From Massalongia carnosa (taxonomy: Eukaryota), in the NCBI GenBank assembly GCA_965645245.1, contig OZ287076.1, positions 1,612,001 to 1,676,000 of the forward strand: DNA of 64,000 bases. The letters run 5' to 3'. Below the pieces are notes generated by a model, which had not been told where the DNA came from, ran no database searches, and worked only from the letters and a program-made list of their open reading frames with translations. Below are positions 21,790 to 34,080 of the stretch, in pieces. Numbering within the stretch: position 1 is the first letter of the stretch; the number at the start of each line of letters is the position of its first letter. The position numbers were made by a program, and so were the translations under genes.

Positions 21790-23908
21790 TACCTAGCATG
21801 GATTAGTCATTCTTTTACGCTTTTTACTTCTACAATGTGAAAGATTTATGGCCTCTCCGGCATTACAGACCTCTTTCTCTCCTGTGCCATCCTCTTGTCA
21901 GTGCAGTCGATGCGTTGAAGTTATTAATGCATGCCAACTCAAGAACCCACCAGTTTCCCGCGATCTATCGGACAGTAACCGTGCGACCGAGGTAAATCCG
22001 ATGGACCGAACCCCAAGCTCCGCTCGGGGTTTCGGTCAACCTAATATTGATATACGGGAAATTGTGATAGTGAAAGTAGGCCAAGGAGCTGGAAGTGCAG
22101 GTATGACAAAGATGTAAAAGATGGTGCTGGGTGAGAAGCATTCAGATACGCCGATCAGCATGGCAGAATCACAGCGAAAAGGCGTTGCGTTGCGTTGGAT
22201 GTCAGATGCTTTACAGCTCTCAGAAAAGGGTTGTAGATTGATCGTCCTAATACCCTAGCCTGCAAGCAGGCTCTACAACCCATGATGTGAGCAAAAAAAA
22301 ACAGTCCATTATTTATGGTAGCCTAAGCGCTCGCTGATGACGCTATTGGCAAAAGCTCCACGCGGAAGGAACTTCTCCTCCAGCCTTACAATGTGACCGA
22401 TATTTGCGACCACAACAGCATCAGGCTACGAAGAGCTAAGTTTCGGCTAACATCACCTGGAGATCGAAGATACGGCGGCGGCGGATGCGGATGCGGAAGT
22501 TCGAGATATATGTCTTGATCCAGCATTGATATATCCGTATTTGGTGTGCACAGAAATCATTGGCAATTGTTTCGTGGGCCCGGATAACAAAGTATCGACC
22601 CTTAGATGGAAATTTCCCCTCTTCCATCAATCAGTGAGCGCTCCTCTTACCTCGCAGAATAGAAAGGGCAACCTAATTTATTATGCTCTATCTACGCCTT
22701 CAGAGCACACCAGGAAGAAAGGGTGGCAGGATTAAGATAATCCATTCAATGTATCGATTATCAATCCAAAGTGTATTTTTAGAGGATTGATTGATTCTTT
22801 TGCCATGGTTCATTCAGCGTGCATTAATTATTACAAGTAGCGTAAAATGCAGCTACATGTCCAACGGCCGGTCGGTGGTATCATGTTGATGATTTGATTG
22901 TTGATACCTGTCTACCTGTACATGGACCGGAACTGCAAGTGCATCGGCTCGCTGCTCCTGCAATCTATCAGCCCCTTTCATTTTCAGTTTCTTCGTTTCC
23001 ATTATCTTTTCACAAAGACCATTGTGGCGCTTCTAGGCCCACGGCCCGAAACTGCTCGGGCCTCTTTGACGTCTCCATCTTGTGTAGTGCTCGGGATCTT
23101 TCCGATTTCGAACGACAGCCCCCTTCTACTCTGTCAGTTTTTACAAAGGAAAAGAAATGATACAGCAATGCAAGCGGATGCCATGACTGCGGCTACGATG
23201 AGTAATTCAAGACTCCAGGCTATCCGATGAAGGATCACGGTAGGTAAAGCGTTCCCGCTCATTCCGAACAATCCGATTTTTTCTTGTAATCACATATTAT
23301 CGGCGTATGCGAAAGTGCTAAAATTCTAACGGCGAAAGTTGGAAAAATAAGGACAAAACACGATGACGCTAGCAGCACTCTATCATAGAGCCATGGCAGG
23401 TCGCAATGGTTTTTTTCTTTGCTAAGGCTCCTTTTGATATGTTCTGGCCTCGATGCTTGGCAGAGTCATTTCATTTTGAACAAAGACGGACTGCTGTGCG
23501 TTTATGGATCTTGTAGCATCTTGCAAGAGATCACCGAATGCGGTGCAAACTATTTTGAACATAGGCGTTCCGCACTGATACATAATATAACGAAACATTT
23601 TCACTGATAATGATGGGCCTCGGAAAAGATGAAGACATTCGTATCTGTCGATTGGCTTGGCTGGAAGGTAGACCCCCTATCTGCTCCTAGATGAGAAAGG
23701 AGTGTCTTGAATCAAATACATAATTGACCTTGCATGAAATAATGTCAGCGGAGATGACTGCCCTGAGAGAGCGCGGGGGTATTTCATTGAAGTTATGTTA
23801 ACTTCGATTATCGAGCTAAATCTCGCTTCATTGTTAAGGGCGCGCGCTTCAAGCTGTTAGGCCCCTTACATCGGCCTTACCCTGACTCTGCCTCTTCTGG
23901 AAATTCCA

Positions 23909-23947
23909 CGCCGCCGAAACAAGTAGTTAAGCTCATCCCTGCTTAAC
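23909..23947 (-). repeat. 39-bp element, copy 2 (inverted relative to 16541-16579)
   Basis: CGCCGCCGAAACAAGTAGTTAAGCTCATCCCTGCTTAAC is the exact reverse complement of copy 1. Confidence 0.9.
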
Positions 23948-24991
23948 GACCGCTACTTTGGTACTGGATCAGGCACGCCGCAAGGTAGGGGTTGAAGCTA
24001 CAGGTGTTGCTGACCGAATGGGAATAAGCTATTCAGTTGTAGTTTGATGAATTCGGTCGATTTGCGTTATAAAACGATGGCCATTCTTAAGTGTGTAACT
24101 AGTTTGGCGATGAGTTTCAGCAACCTAGGCCTTTGTTGTGTGGTTAGCTCGCTAAGTCTTCACGTTCTTTAGCTCGCTGTCGCTCTGGAGTTGGGTATGC
24201 GAGCCACCAGTTTGTCGAGCAAGGTAGCTGGTTGACTGTTCACGGCTCGCTCAAGGGCTTCGACAAGTTGCGCAGGGCCAGGGCAGTCGGGGTGGGCAGC
24301 TGGCAGCCCATACAGGCAGACATTTCGGCCATGAGGTGGTTGCTACAACAACAAGAGTTGCTATATCAAGGGCGACAGCAATGCGAGAAATTTCACGTTT
24401 TGGATAATTACTCTAGGAAGATTCTTGATAGCTAATTATAAGTTGTATATTGTAATAGTAATGAGTGAAAGCAAAGGGTATTTAATATAGTTAGGTCCAA
24501 GTGCGCAGCGAATTTTATTGTACAATCTGCCTCACAGTTAAACCAAATCAGCGGCATATGCCAAGTAAACGCCAAGGTCGGTAGGGACTAATACTCTTTT
24601 CAATACAAAGTTTTTGGCTCAATCAAAAAAACTTGTGCCAAGCACAATATTGCAAACTGCCTGATAGTCAGTCACGTGTAGGGCGCGCTGCTTGGGTTAA
24701 AAGCACCCGCGTCTGCTCATTAGGAGAACAAAGATAGTTGCCTGAGCAGAGTATGAACTGCGTACAGAGTACAAGTATGCTTCACTCCTGGATTTGGCGG
24801 AGACTGAACCGAAGTATCCGCAACTCCGTTTGCACGCAGTTCTATATAATACCAGGTATCCTACACATTTCCCCCGCGCTAATCCCCGCATCGGATTGTG
24901 TAGATTACCTTCTCCGCCAACAGCGACAGCTGACAGTTCTGATTAGAGTCGTCAAAACCCTTTGGCAACCCCTGTCATCAAAGCCGTCACT

Positions 24992-26296
24992 ATGGCCTGT
25001 CCACCGTCGTCCGTCATGTCCTCCACCTCCCTTGTTAATCTCCTGGCCAGCCATCCAATCGATCTGCGCCCGTACGAAACCCTCTACAAACATTTACACG
25101 CCAACCCGGAACTCTCCCTGCAAGAATTTCGTACCGCATCCTTCGTTTCGAAGCATCTATTCGAAATCCCCACCCACCCATATGAAACGCACACGCAAAT
25201 CGGCGGTTGCGGCCTAGCAGGTGTGTTGCGCAATGGCGCCGGGCCCACAGTGCTGCTGCGTGCAGATATGGACGCGTTGCCTGTTGAAGAGCAGACGAGG
25301 CTGGCATATGCGAGCGGTGTCAAAATGCGTGACGTAGCTGATGGGGTGGAGAAGAAGGTCATGCATGCATGCGGCCATGACATGCATGTCACGTGCTTGC
25401 TGGCTGCGGCGGAGCGGCTGGCTGGCCTACGGGAGCGGTGGCAAGGCACACTGGTGGTGCTCTTTCAACCGAACGAGGAGCGGGGGGCTGGGGCGAAAGC
25501 GATGGTGGATGGGGGTTTGTATGACAAGGTTCCCGTGCCGGACGTGGTGCTGGGCCAGCATGTTGTTGCTAAGCGGGCCGGCGGGGTATCGTCAAAGGTG
25601 GGCTTGATCATGGCTGCGTCGGATAGTCTTAGGGTAAAGCTATTTGGGCGGGGAGGGCACGCATCGATGCCACATAAAACTGTCGACCCTGTCCTTATTG
25701 CGGCAAATATTGTGGTTCGTTTGCAAGGCATTGTGAGTCGCGAGGTGGATCCGAATGACATGGTGGTTGTGACGGTAGGAAGCTTGCAAGCAGGACAGAC
25801 TGAGAATATCATTGCGGACTCCGCAGAGCTGCGGGTGAATATAAGGACAATCGATAGGGCGACAAGAGACAGGGTCTTGACGTCTATTCGGAGGATGGTA
25901 AGGGCGGAGTGCGAGGCTAGCGGTGCGTCTCAGGACCCAGAGTTTGAAGAGATTTCGTGTTTCCCGGCTTCGATAAATGACGAAACGGTAACGAAGCGAC
26001 TTGCTACCTCATTTGCGGCCTTCTTTGGCGATTCCTTTGATCCTGAAACACCACGGATAAATTTCAGCGAAGACTACTCTATCTTAGGGACGTCCCAAAA
26101 TCGGCCCTGCTCATTCTGGTTCTTTGGAGGTACGGATGGGAAGGCATGGGATGAGGCGGAGAAGAAGGGGACGGTTGATCAGGATATCCCTGTGAATCAT
26201 TCGCCCTTTTTCGCGCCAGTGATGCAGCCAACAATGCAGAGCGGTGTCGATGCTCTGACGCTGGCCGCCTTGACGTTTTTGGCTGAAGCATCGTAG
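24992..26296 (+). CDS. M20D family amidohydrolase (hippurate hydrolase/aminoacylase-1-like), intronless; start ATG 24992 or 25016
   Basis: HANPELSLQE, LLRADMDALP, MHACGHDMH, FQPNEE, GRGGHAS, SEDY, NHSPFF motifs. Confidence 0.93.
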   Translation: MACPPSSVMSSTSLVNLLASHPIDLRPYETLYKHLHANPELSLQEFRTASFVSKHLFEIPTHPYETHTQIGGCGLAGVLRNGAGPTVLLRADMDALPVEEQTRLAYASGVKMRDVADGVEKKVMHACGHDMHVTCLLAAAERLAGLRERWQGTLVVLFQPNEERGAGAKAMVDGGLYDKVPVPDVVLGQHVVAKRAGGVSSKVGLIMAASDSLRVKLFGRGGHASMPHKTVDPVLIAANIVVRLQGIVSREVDPNDMVVVTVGSLQAGQTENIIADSAELRVNIRTIDRATRDRVLTSIRRMVRAECEASGASQDPEFEEISCFPASINDETVTKRLATSFAAFFGDSFDPETPRINFSEDYSILGTSQNRPCSFWFFGGTDGKAWDEAEKKGTVDQDIPVNHSPFFAPVMQPTMQSGVDALTLAALTFLAEAS

Positions 26297-26421
26297 ATAT
26301 TGAGAAGAATTCATCTTCTAATTTTGTATATACGAACGAAATCCAACTGATTGTTACTGCCAAGCGAGTTTTACTGCGAGTTTTACTGCGAGTTTGATCA
26401 GAAGCTACCTATTTCAAGATT

Positions 26422-28042
26422 TTAGCCCTCTTTGACCTCGCCACGCCCGTTCAGAGATCTTTCTAAACTACCGAGTAGATCTTCTTCACCATCAGGAAAT
26501 TGCATGGCTTGATTGGTAGGAACCTTTTTGTATGCTTCGAATTCGGGAAAGTTGGGTTCAGCTAAGCCATTTAAAGGATCGTGACTAGCAGGTAGCTCAA
26601 CGTTCGCTGAAGAATATTTAGGCGGAGGAGCTTCTTCAACTAAAATTTGACCAGCCAATGGAATTTCATGAAGCTCCGGAGCAGGAACTGTGATCGCTTC
26701 CTGCGCCGGATCAATTCTAATCAACGGAGGTTGAAACCCTTGGCTGGCCGCTAGAGGTAAGTCTGGCGAGCTGGAAAGATCCCGCTCAACCGGAATTCCA
26801 GGTTGTGTGAAAATAAGTTCTGGAATATCCGGGAGAGGCTCTGGCTCGAAGATCTCGGGAATAGGTTGTTTCGAAGGCGATTTTGATACCAAGCCGGGGG
26901 ACGGTGACAACTCTCCCTCTTCTCGATCTCCATCCTCGCCATCTTCCCCGTCTTCCTCATCTTCGCTTCCTTCCTCACCGTCTTGTGTAATCGAGTCGTC
27001 TCCCATATCTGTGTCAGCATGCCCCACGGCCAGAGTACCTGCCGAAGTAAGGTTTGGAAGCCCATTTACTATTACTGGAACGTTGGGGGTCCCATTAGGC
27101 CTTTGTGTCATTGGCGTTACGCTCGTAATTGAGACAAAGCCAGCTCTCTTTCTTCTTCCCCTTCCGGGGCCCTTGGATTTCCTTTTAGGTGGTGGGGGCC
27201 TTCTTTTAGGAGGCGTAGGAAATGATTGCTCTCCAGCAATCACCACTCCATCCGAATTTACCACTCCTACACCCTTTACCACAGTACCCGGTGCTGGCGT
27301 TTCGCTCAGCGTGGTCCCTTCTTCAACAATCTCCCCTTCGACGGTATGGCCCTCAGGCACAAGAACATCCCACACTGAAGAGTTTCCGTTAGCGTCTGTT
27401 TTCCGTATTTTCGTTTTTCGCATTGGCCCCGAAGTTCCCGCTGGCGCAATGTTTCCAGTGTACACCGATGGAAGACCTTTCCTCCTCTTTGCTAAATATT
27501 CCGGCTCCGGTCCCTCCAGGTGCCTTGGTACCACTCCCCACCTCCTGGCAACAAAGCCTGCATCCCCATCTCCATCCGCCTCCTCGTCCTCTCCAGGTTC
27601 TTTCTCATCCTCCGGGGGAGGTGGAGGTGGTTTGTTCACCTGGCCCATCCTTGCAGCTCGCAGCAACGCTTGACTCATGGGGGAAAGCAGATGCGCATCT
27701 CTTGGCATTGGCAGTTCCGGCCAGCCGGCATTTCGTATGTTGGAGACGCTGGAATTATCCTTTTGCGGTGCGGCATTGACCGTGACGGGTGCTTTGCGCC
27801 AATGGCGCACAGGAAGCCCTTCAAACACATCGTGATCAATCTGGGTTCGTGTGGACCGAGTACCAGTACGGTTGTTGCGTAACTGTTGATGAACCGTGCC
27901 GTCAGAGTGACCGTTAATGGATACTTGTACGTCTATAAATATATCGAGTGCATCGCACGCAAAATACATATGGCTGATAATCTGCACGGAGGAGAAACGA
28001 GAGGTCAGGAATTCACAGGGGAAGCAAACTTACAGGGGCCAT
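26422..28042 (-). CDS. Conserved-looking fungal hypothetical protein, acidic/Pro-rich with basic NLS-like patch; micro exon 1 (ATG GCC CCT) tentative
   Basis: 521-codon open frame with ordered segments (HDVFEGLPVRHW, WPELPMPRD, EPEYLAKRRKGLP, DLLGSLE). ATG GCC CCT followed by a GTAAGT donor at 28042-28028. Confidence 0.8.
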
Positions 28043-29081
28043 GCTTCACCGAATAAGGTTTCCGTTCATGCTCCAAAAGGTCGGTTCATCCAATCTAGTC
28101 GTGTCTCCAATGACCACTTTCCTTCATCGAATCCGCGGGTGAGTCAATGATGATAGGCGTAATGGATACAAGAGCTATGAGAATGTGGATAAGGATGAGG
28201 ATGATGGTGATAAGACGGTGGTGGTGGTGTGGTGGTAGTGGATAGAACCGAACTCAAGGCGCGGCTGTTGTTCTTGCGGTCCATATAAGCAGGTAAGAAT
28301 TTACACATTGGGCTTCGGGTACTCCGTATTCCGGACGGCCAAAAGAAAGCCTATTGACACCATCCACACCGGTACTAGCGGTTCTTACGTGCGTGGGTGC
28401 AAACCCGAATGCATATGCGTGAATGGCACAAGTGGTTATTTAAGCTTCTCGTTATTGCGATCTTGATGGTTACCGAATAAAAGATTCTGGTACCTTACAT
28501 CATCCCCACCTTTTTTTAAAAAGATTGCATCAAGCACGTTTCCAGTGCTTTCCCCTCTGGCAGAACAGATATGTATGATTTCCCCCATTATTACTCTGTA
28601 CTTCGTACCTCTGTACGAACTAGGGACTTCTGCTGACAAGGCTGCAACCGGCGTAACTACAAGCTTTCAGTAATTTTAAGCGAGAGAAACCCTACATTAT
28701 TCCTCACCAATGAAACATCGCATACCTCCCCTGGGAGCAATTTATCTAGGCAGAACTCCTGAAGTTGGGTGACGACATCCTATCGCCCCAATCACGGAAG
28801 AAGAAAAACGCCAATAGGGCTAGCTTGGCAGTCCATGCAGTATTTTCCCTTACCCTAGGTACAAAACGGGTATCAGTAGGGTCCTCGGTTATACTTATGG
28901 AGCACACCCTCATTTCGCGCACGATCGTCGATCAATCGCTGGCATTCATCGTCCTTCCGAACCCACCTTGTTGTATTGTTTGTCTTCTTACCTTCTGTCT
29001 TCTTACCTTCTGTCTTCTTGCCTTTGATTTCATCGAAATCTTAGCATTGGGTTACACCTAAGTAGCCCGCTTATTTCAATC

Positions 29082-31590
29082 ATGGAAAATCGAGCGAACG
29101 AGGAGCAAATGTGGGAGCTGACGACAACTGTGTCACGCTCCGACAGAGATAGAAGGCATTCATCATCGGCTAGCTCGTCGTCACAGTCAGACGAAAGGCA
29201 GGTTTCGCCACATTCTGCTGGCCAGAGAGGACGAAGAACAAGGCCCTCAGTTAGCTCCGCCTCATCACAGCTTCCCACAGTCCGGGAGCAAAAGGAGCGC
29301 AGGGCCCTTTCATGGGAGGTCGATAACAGGCCAGGTCTAGCCTCAAAGCTAAATTCAGATGAGACGGTGGTTAGCTCTCAGAAAGTCTTGACCAATTTTA
29401 GGAAAGTGGCTGCTCGTGATACGGAAGGAGAAAGGAGAAGACGTGAGGAGGTGGAGCGTTATAGGGCTGAGAATGAGGGCCAGCGCGACGTGTATAACCG
29501 CTTGAAGAAATGGGCCGACAACAAATCTGAGCGGGCCAAGTCTATCATTCTATCCTTCGTCCCTGGTCTATCAATTGGAAGAGGCAGTAAGCCTGTTCTT
29601 CCGAAGACGGAAGAGCTTCTAGCTTTAGCTCGACATTACTACCCGCCCAGAGTAAGGATTCCGATCCGAGTCATTATTGAAGCTTTGGTTAATTAATGTC
29701 TATGTGTAGGGCGAACTACGAGTCCATGTATGTGACTTTGGTGATGGACGTGCCAAGCATACCGAAATCACTCTAGGACAAGTCGAAGAGTGTAAGTTAG
29801 CACTTAATGGATCTTGCTTTCGCGCCATTACTAAAATTTTAGGCTGGCAAACGAAACCGGAATGGGCTGATATTCGTTGGATGTAAGGAGGTTATTCCCA
29901 GCCAAAGACAGCGGCTGACATCTGTTAGACATGCTCCTCTTGGGCTTGGACTTACTCATTCGGTACTACCTTCTTTTATGGTGTGATTATGCGGCTAACT
30001 AAGGATACTAAAGTCTGTTGAAGATATCTTTCTTCATGATGGATCACCTGGTAGAGAATTCGTGAATGCCGGTCGATCCGGATGGCCCTACTTGGAAACG
30101 GAGGTCCTCAACTTTCGAAGTCAAACTAATTTTCAAGAGATGCGAGATGTTTATATTTTCCTTAAAAACCTAGAGGGCTTCCAGGAAACCCTTGATGATT
30201 GCGCTTGGGATGGCGATCAAAATGCCAGTCTACATTCCGATATTGATTGGAGGGCAGGTCATCTCGGAATCGATGCGAATTATTGGAACATGGTGGACTC
30301 CGATATGCCATGGCAACTCACTGAAGGCATAGCCATGGGTAATCAAGGGCCTGTCGAAGGACTCCGAACAATTGGTCGTCATATTGACAAACAAGCACTG
30401 TCATCACACCCTTTTTTCAAAAAAGCTCAGCTTGTGAGAAATCCGTTCCGGTGCTTTCATCGTGCGGACGGTATGTCTACTTGAATAACCGAATGTGTCG
30501 TTGCTGATATAAACAGGCCACCTGCTGACTCTTTCCCCAATGGCGGGCGTTAATTACTTGGATAAGAATATGGGAAAATATTTGGAAGAGCCTATTGACG
30601 CAATGTTTGGCAATGATGATGCCAGCGCCGTTGGCCACGTTTTCCAGGCTTTTGCTGAGCAAGGTACTAAGACATGGCACAGACGTACCATGGAGTGGTT
30701 CCTGGTAAGTCTCAATAACCTATTTGACCGAGCAAAGGCTCATCGGCTGAATCCATAGATCTACCTCATAACAGAGGTTGGTGTAACGCCACATAATCTT
30801 CGACAAGGCCACAATGCGCCATCTATTGAGAGTGCTTATCAGTCCGTTATCCAGGATTTGGTGAGGCACTGTCATTGTCCCCTTACTCGGATCATAAACT
30901 TACCGCTTTGAACCTTCAGAAACGCAGAAGATACGACCCTTGGAAGCGGAATGAAACCGTCAAGCTTGTTCGAGAATATCTTAGCTGCGTTGATGAGCTA
31001 ACCACCATCCGAGTGATTCTGCACAAAAAATTGGAGCTTTTTCAAGCTTTGCTCCTTGACGCAAAGAAATTTGAGATTGAAGATTCCCGAGCACGAAACG
31101 AGCTGAATAATGCCGCAGGGGAATCTGCCGAAGATCGAGTGGTATGGGCTTTGGGCTTGGTCAAAGCTCAGCACGATTGCTTCGAGAGACTCTTGATTGA
31201 CCTCAAACAGTCGATGAATGCAGTAAGCCATCCTTCCCCATAGTTGTATCACACTATCCGAGCTCGGCATGCTTATGTACTTTCGATTAGCTTTTCCAGC
31301 TCCGTTCAATTGAGCAGAACGAGCTCGCCATTGTCTCCGACTCGCAGAATAAAGCCATTCTAGTTTTTACCGGCGTCACTATCGTCTTCTTGCCGCTTTC
31401 ATTCTTCACCTCGTACTACGGCATGAACCTAGCAGGCATCGTTAACACCCCCAAAAACGAGGGTTTCTTTTGGAAAGTCTGTGGCACCGCCGCCTTTTTG
31501 ATCGTCTTGTTTGTGACGCTGGGGGCTTTCCGTCATAGGGTTCGGAGGATGCTCAATCCACGTCGTCTCCATTATCATAACATGGTTTGA
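29082..31590 (+). CDS. CorA-like Mg2+ transporter domain protein, multi-intron
   Basis: C-terminal VFTGVTIVFLPLSFFTSYYGMN (GMN signature) followed by a second TM helix; coiled-coil helices upstream; many GT-AG introns join ORFs 29082, 30062, 30540 and 30875. Confidence 0.85.
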
Positions 31591-32040
31591 TCTAGATTCG
31601 CTTTTGTTTCCACCCAAGAGCTGGTCAAGTATTTTGTCTTATCAAGCGATTGGGGATTCCGATCATCAACTAGATCATGTTACGGCGGCGATGCGAAGCG
31701 GAACTACTTAAGGTTTTATGGACCTTAGCCCGGATACTGCTTGTATCATTCATAGCATATGGAAACCAACCAACCAACCGGACACGGCAATCATTTCGTT
31801 TCTTGAAATTCTACGTCAGCCGAATCAACAATACAAACCAACAATCCAAACCAACAATCACGAATGGCACCAGCCACCAGGATTCCTAAGGACGCCGGCC
31901 CAAGTTCCAGCCAGGATTTCCAGCGGTGCCTCTGTCGACGCTTTATGCAATATATAGGACAGGCTCAGAAGTCCGTTCTGATTATTGTTGAGAAATACAA
32001 TCTTTCCAAATATAATTGCCTCAATACCCCGATTTGTCAA

Positions 32041-32093
32041 GAAGGAGCGTTGGGTGAGAAGGAGTGTTGAGTGAGAAGGAGCGTTGGGTGAGA
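32041..32093. repeat. 17-bp tandem repeat x3 (GAAGGAGCGTTGGGTGA)
   Basis: Three adjacent copies; the middle one has two substitutions. Confidence 0.85.
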
Positions 32094-33194
32094 AATAGGC
32101 TTCAGAATTGATGGTGGGATGGAATCATAATTACTGCCTTATAACCAAGATAATAATTGCCTAATCTTGACGGGATGTATATGTGTTTCTTTTGGCTTTG
32201 GATGAAGCGATGAATGGAGTGACTGACGTGGAACGGGTATCTTGTATTTCATGATATACTGGTATAACATTTTAATTAAAGCCTTCTGACGAGGTGATGA
32301 TTTTTTTACACGAGGAATCTTGGCAAGGAATCACGGACTTTTCGTTCGTCTCCCAGCACAGGCTGCGAAGGAGCAGGCTCCAGTCTCGGGTTCCCACTTC
32401 CACAGTCCCAACTATCCATCTAGGTGCTCCCAAATACCTTTGGGGTAAAAGACCCCTCAAGAGAGCCTGGCTTGATAGACTTGACATCCCAGTTCCACTC
32501 TATTTTCGGCTTGGGTATCCACCTCAACTAGCTCCTTGAAACATTACTCGGGAGAAAAAATCCCCAAAGTAACTTTTTCAGCCTGCCAGATTTACCAGCC
32601 AGAGGCTTTGAGGTTTTTGAGCATCAGGTTCCCTGAAGCGGGAGCATTGATGTTTGGCAAATCCATGCTTCGTTCCTGTGTGGGGGGGAGGAGGACGGGT
32701 GCAGAATACGACTTTGAACAGAAGCGTTTTCTGGAAATAGGGTGCTAAACTTTTAATTCTGCATTCCCCCTAATGAAAAAAAAAACTAGTGGAGGTATGG
32801 TCTGGCGTATTCCTTTGACTATATATCGTCTCCCTTCTTGCTATATGTGGGTTATTGGGGATAGCATCCATAGCTTAGTATCTAATTGTTATTCAGCAGT
32901 CCGCCAATGCTTCACATACGTCCAGTATGGGGGGTTTTTTTTCTTCTCATATTTCCATTGCTTGCATATTTCTGAAAATATGATTCTGTTGGTTGTATTT
33001 GGTTTCATTGGGAGTTGGGCGGATTGAGGAGTTGGGAGTCCGGCATAAAGGTTCTTGAACCTGATTTTTTGGAGCTTTAGGGTTGGCTCATCTCCACTTT
33101 TCTAATCTCCGTATATTTGCGTTTTCGCTGAAGTCATCTCGGCATTTATTTATGAGTTTGCAGTTGAACAAGACAAAGCTTCCAAATAGAGTTT

Positions 33195-33902
33195 CTAAGA
33201 TTCGGAACTCTTGTTTGTCGCTTTCATAATCTTCTTTCTAATCCTACGTATCTCAATTTCCATCGCCTGCATCTCGCCGGCCAAGCTTGCGATCTGGGGC
33301 ACCAAATCAACCGCGACAGTGAAGTTATGTTGGGCCCGGCGAAGGACAGGGGGAACTAGAATGCCGAATTGACGGATAGGATCGGGAAGGACAGGCAGGT
33401 CAGTTGAAGAGGTCGTGGTGGAATCTAGGAGCGACGGCTCTGGGGGGACAAGAGTGAATTTAGGCGTTGAGGAAGGGAAGGAAGGGATTATAGATCTACT
33501 TAAGGGGGTTTGTTAGAGGTATTATGTGCTGAAGAGGGCTAGTGAATGTAGAAGCTGGGGCACACATGATTGTTGTGGCTTGCATTCTATCATCGTAGAG
33601 GTCCTGGCCATAATGGGCACGGTTAGGCGATTGGAAGTTTGCTTGGGCGAGGGCGAGCCAGCCCTGAGGTAACGTTATGTTAGCTTATGCGTGCTTTCAT
33701 CCTTTCAAGTTTTCAAGGAGGGGCAAACAGAAAAGCTCAGCGGTGGTGAAGGATGACATACAGAAGAAAGGTTCCGCGATAGTTGCTGATGCAGGTCTTG
33801 ATGCTCGTGTAGGAGGGTCAGGTAGCGTTCAAGGAGAGCGTCGAGGGTTTCGGTAAGAGAGAGGTTGGAGGGATCGCCTGAAAGCGAGAGAGCTTCCGTC
33901 AT
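33195..33902 (-). CDS. VMA22: V-ATPase assembly factor Vma22/CCDC115-like, 2 introns
   Basis: LDALLERYLTLLHEHQ...LSS-GWLALAQANF...YGQDLYDDRM...DPIRQFGILVPPVLRRAQHNF...MEIEIRR. Confidence 0.85.
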
Positions 33903-34080
33903 TTAAATGGCCCAAATGTTCGTTAGGACTATCGCAATTGCACATTGGAGAAGCCTCCTCTAATGACGAGGGATGGTCCGGCGGCGATTAGGCGATAAGG
34001 TTTTGCACGTGATCTAAAATCCTTACCTTGCATTTTATATACTCTATGATACCTAAGTTGATGCTGCCGATGATATTGCT

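Noticed and set aside
21800..24700. Possible gene relics (e.g. minus strand about 23940-24400)
   Set aside because: Stop-riddled frames with no family motif I can recognise; needs tblastx.
26807..27673. 288-aa plus-strand ORF
   Set aside because: Antisense shadow of the 26422-28042 gene.
32041..32093. Repeat array as CRISPR-like
   Set aside because: Adjacent units with no spacers, in a eukaryotic context.
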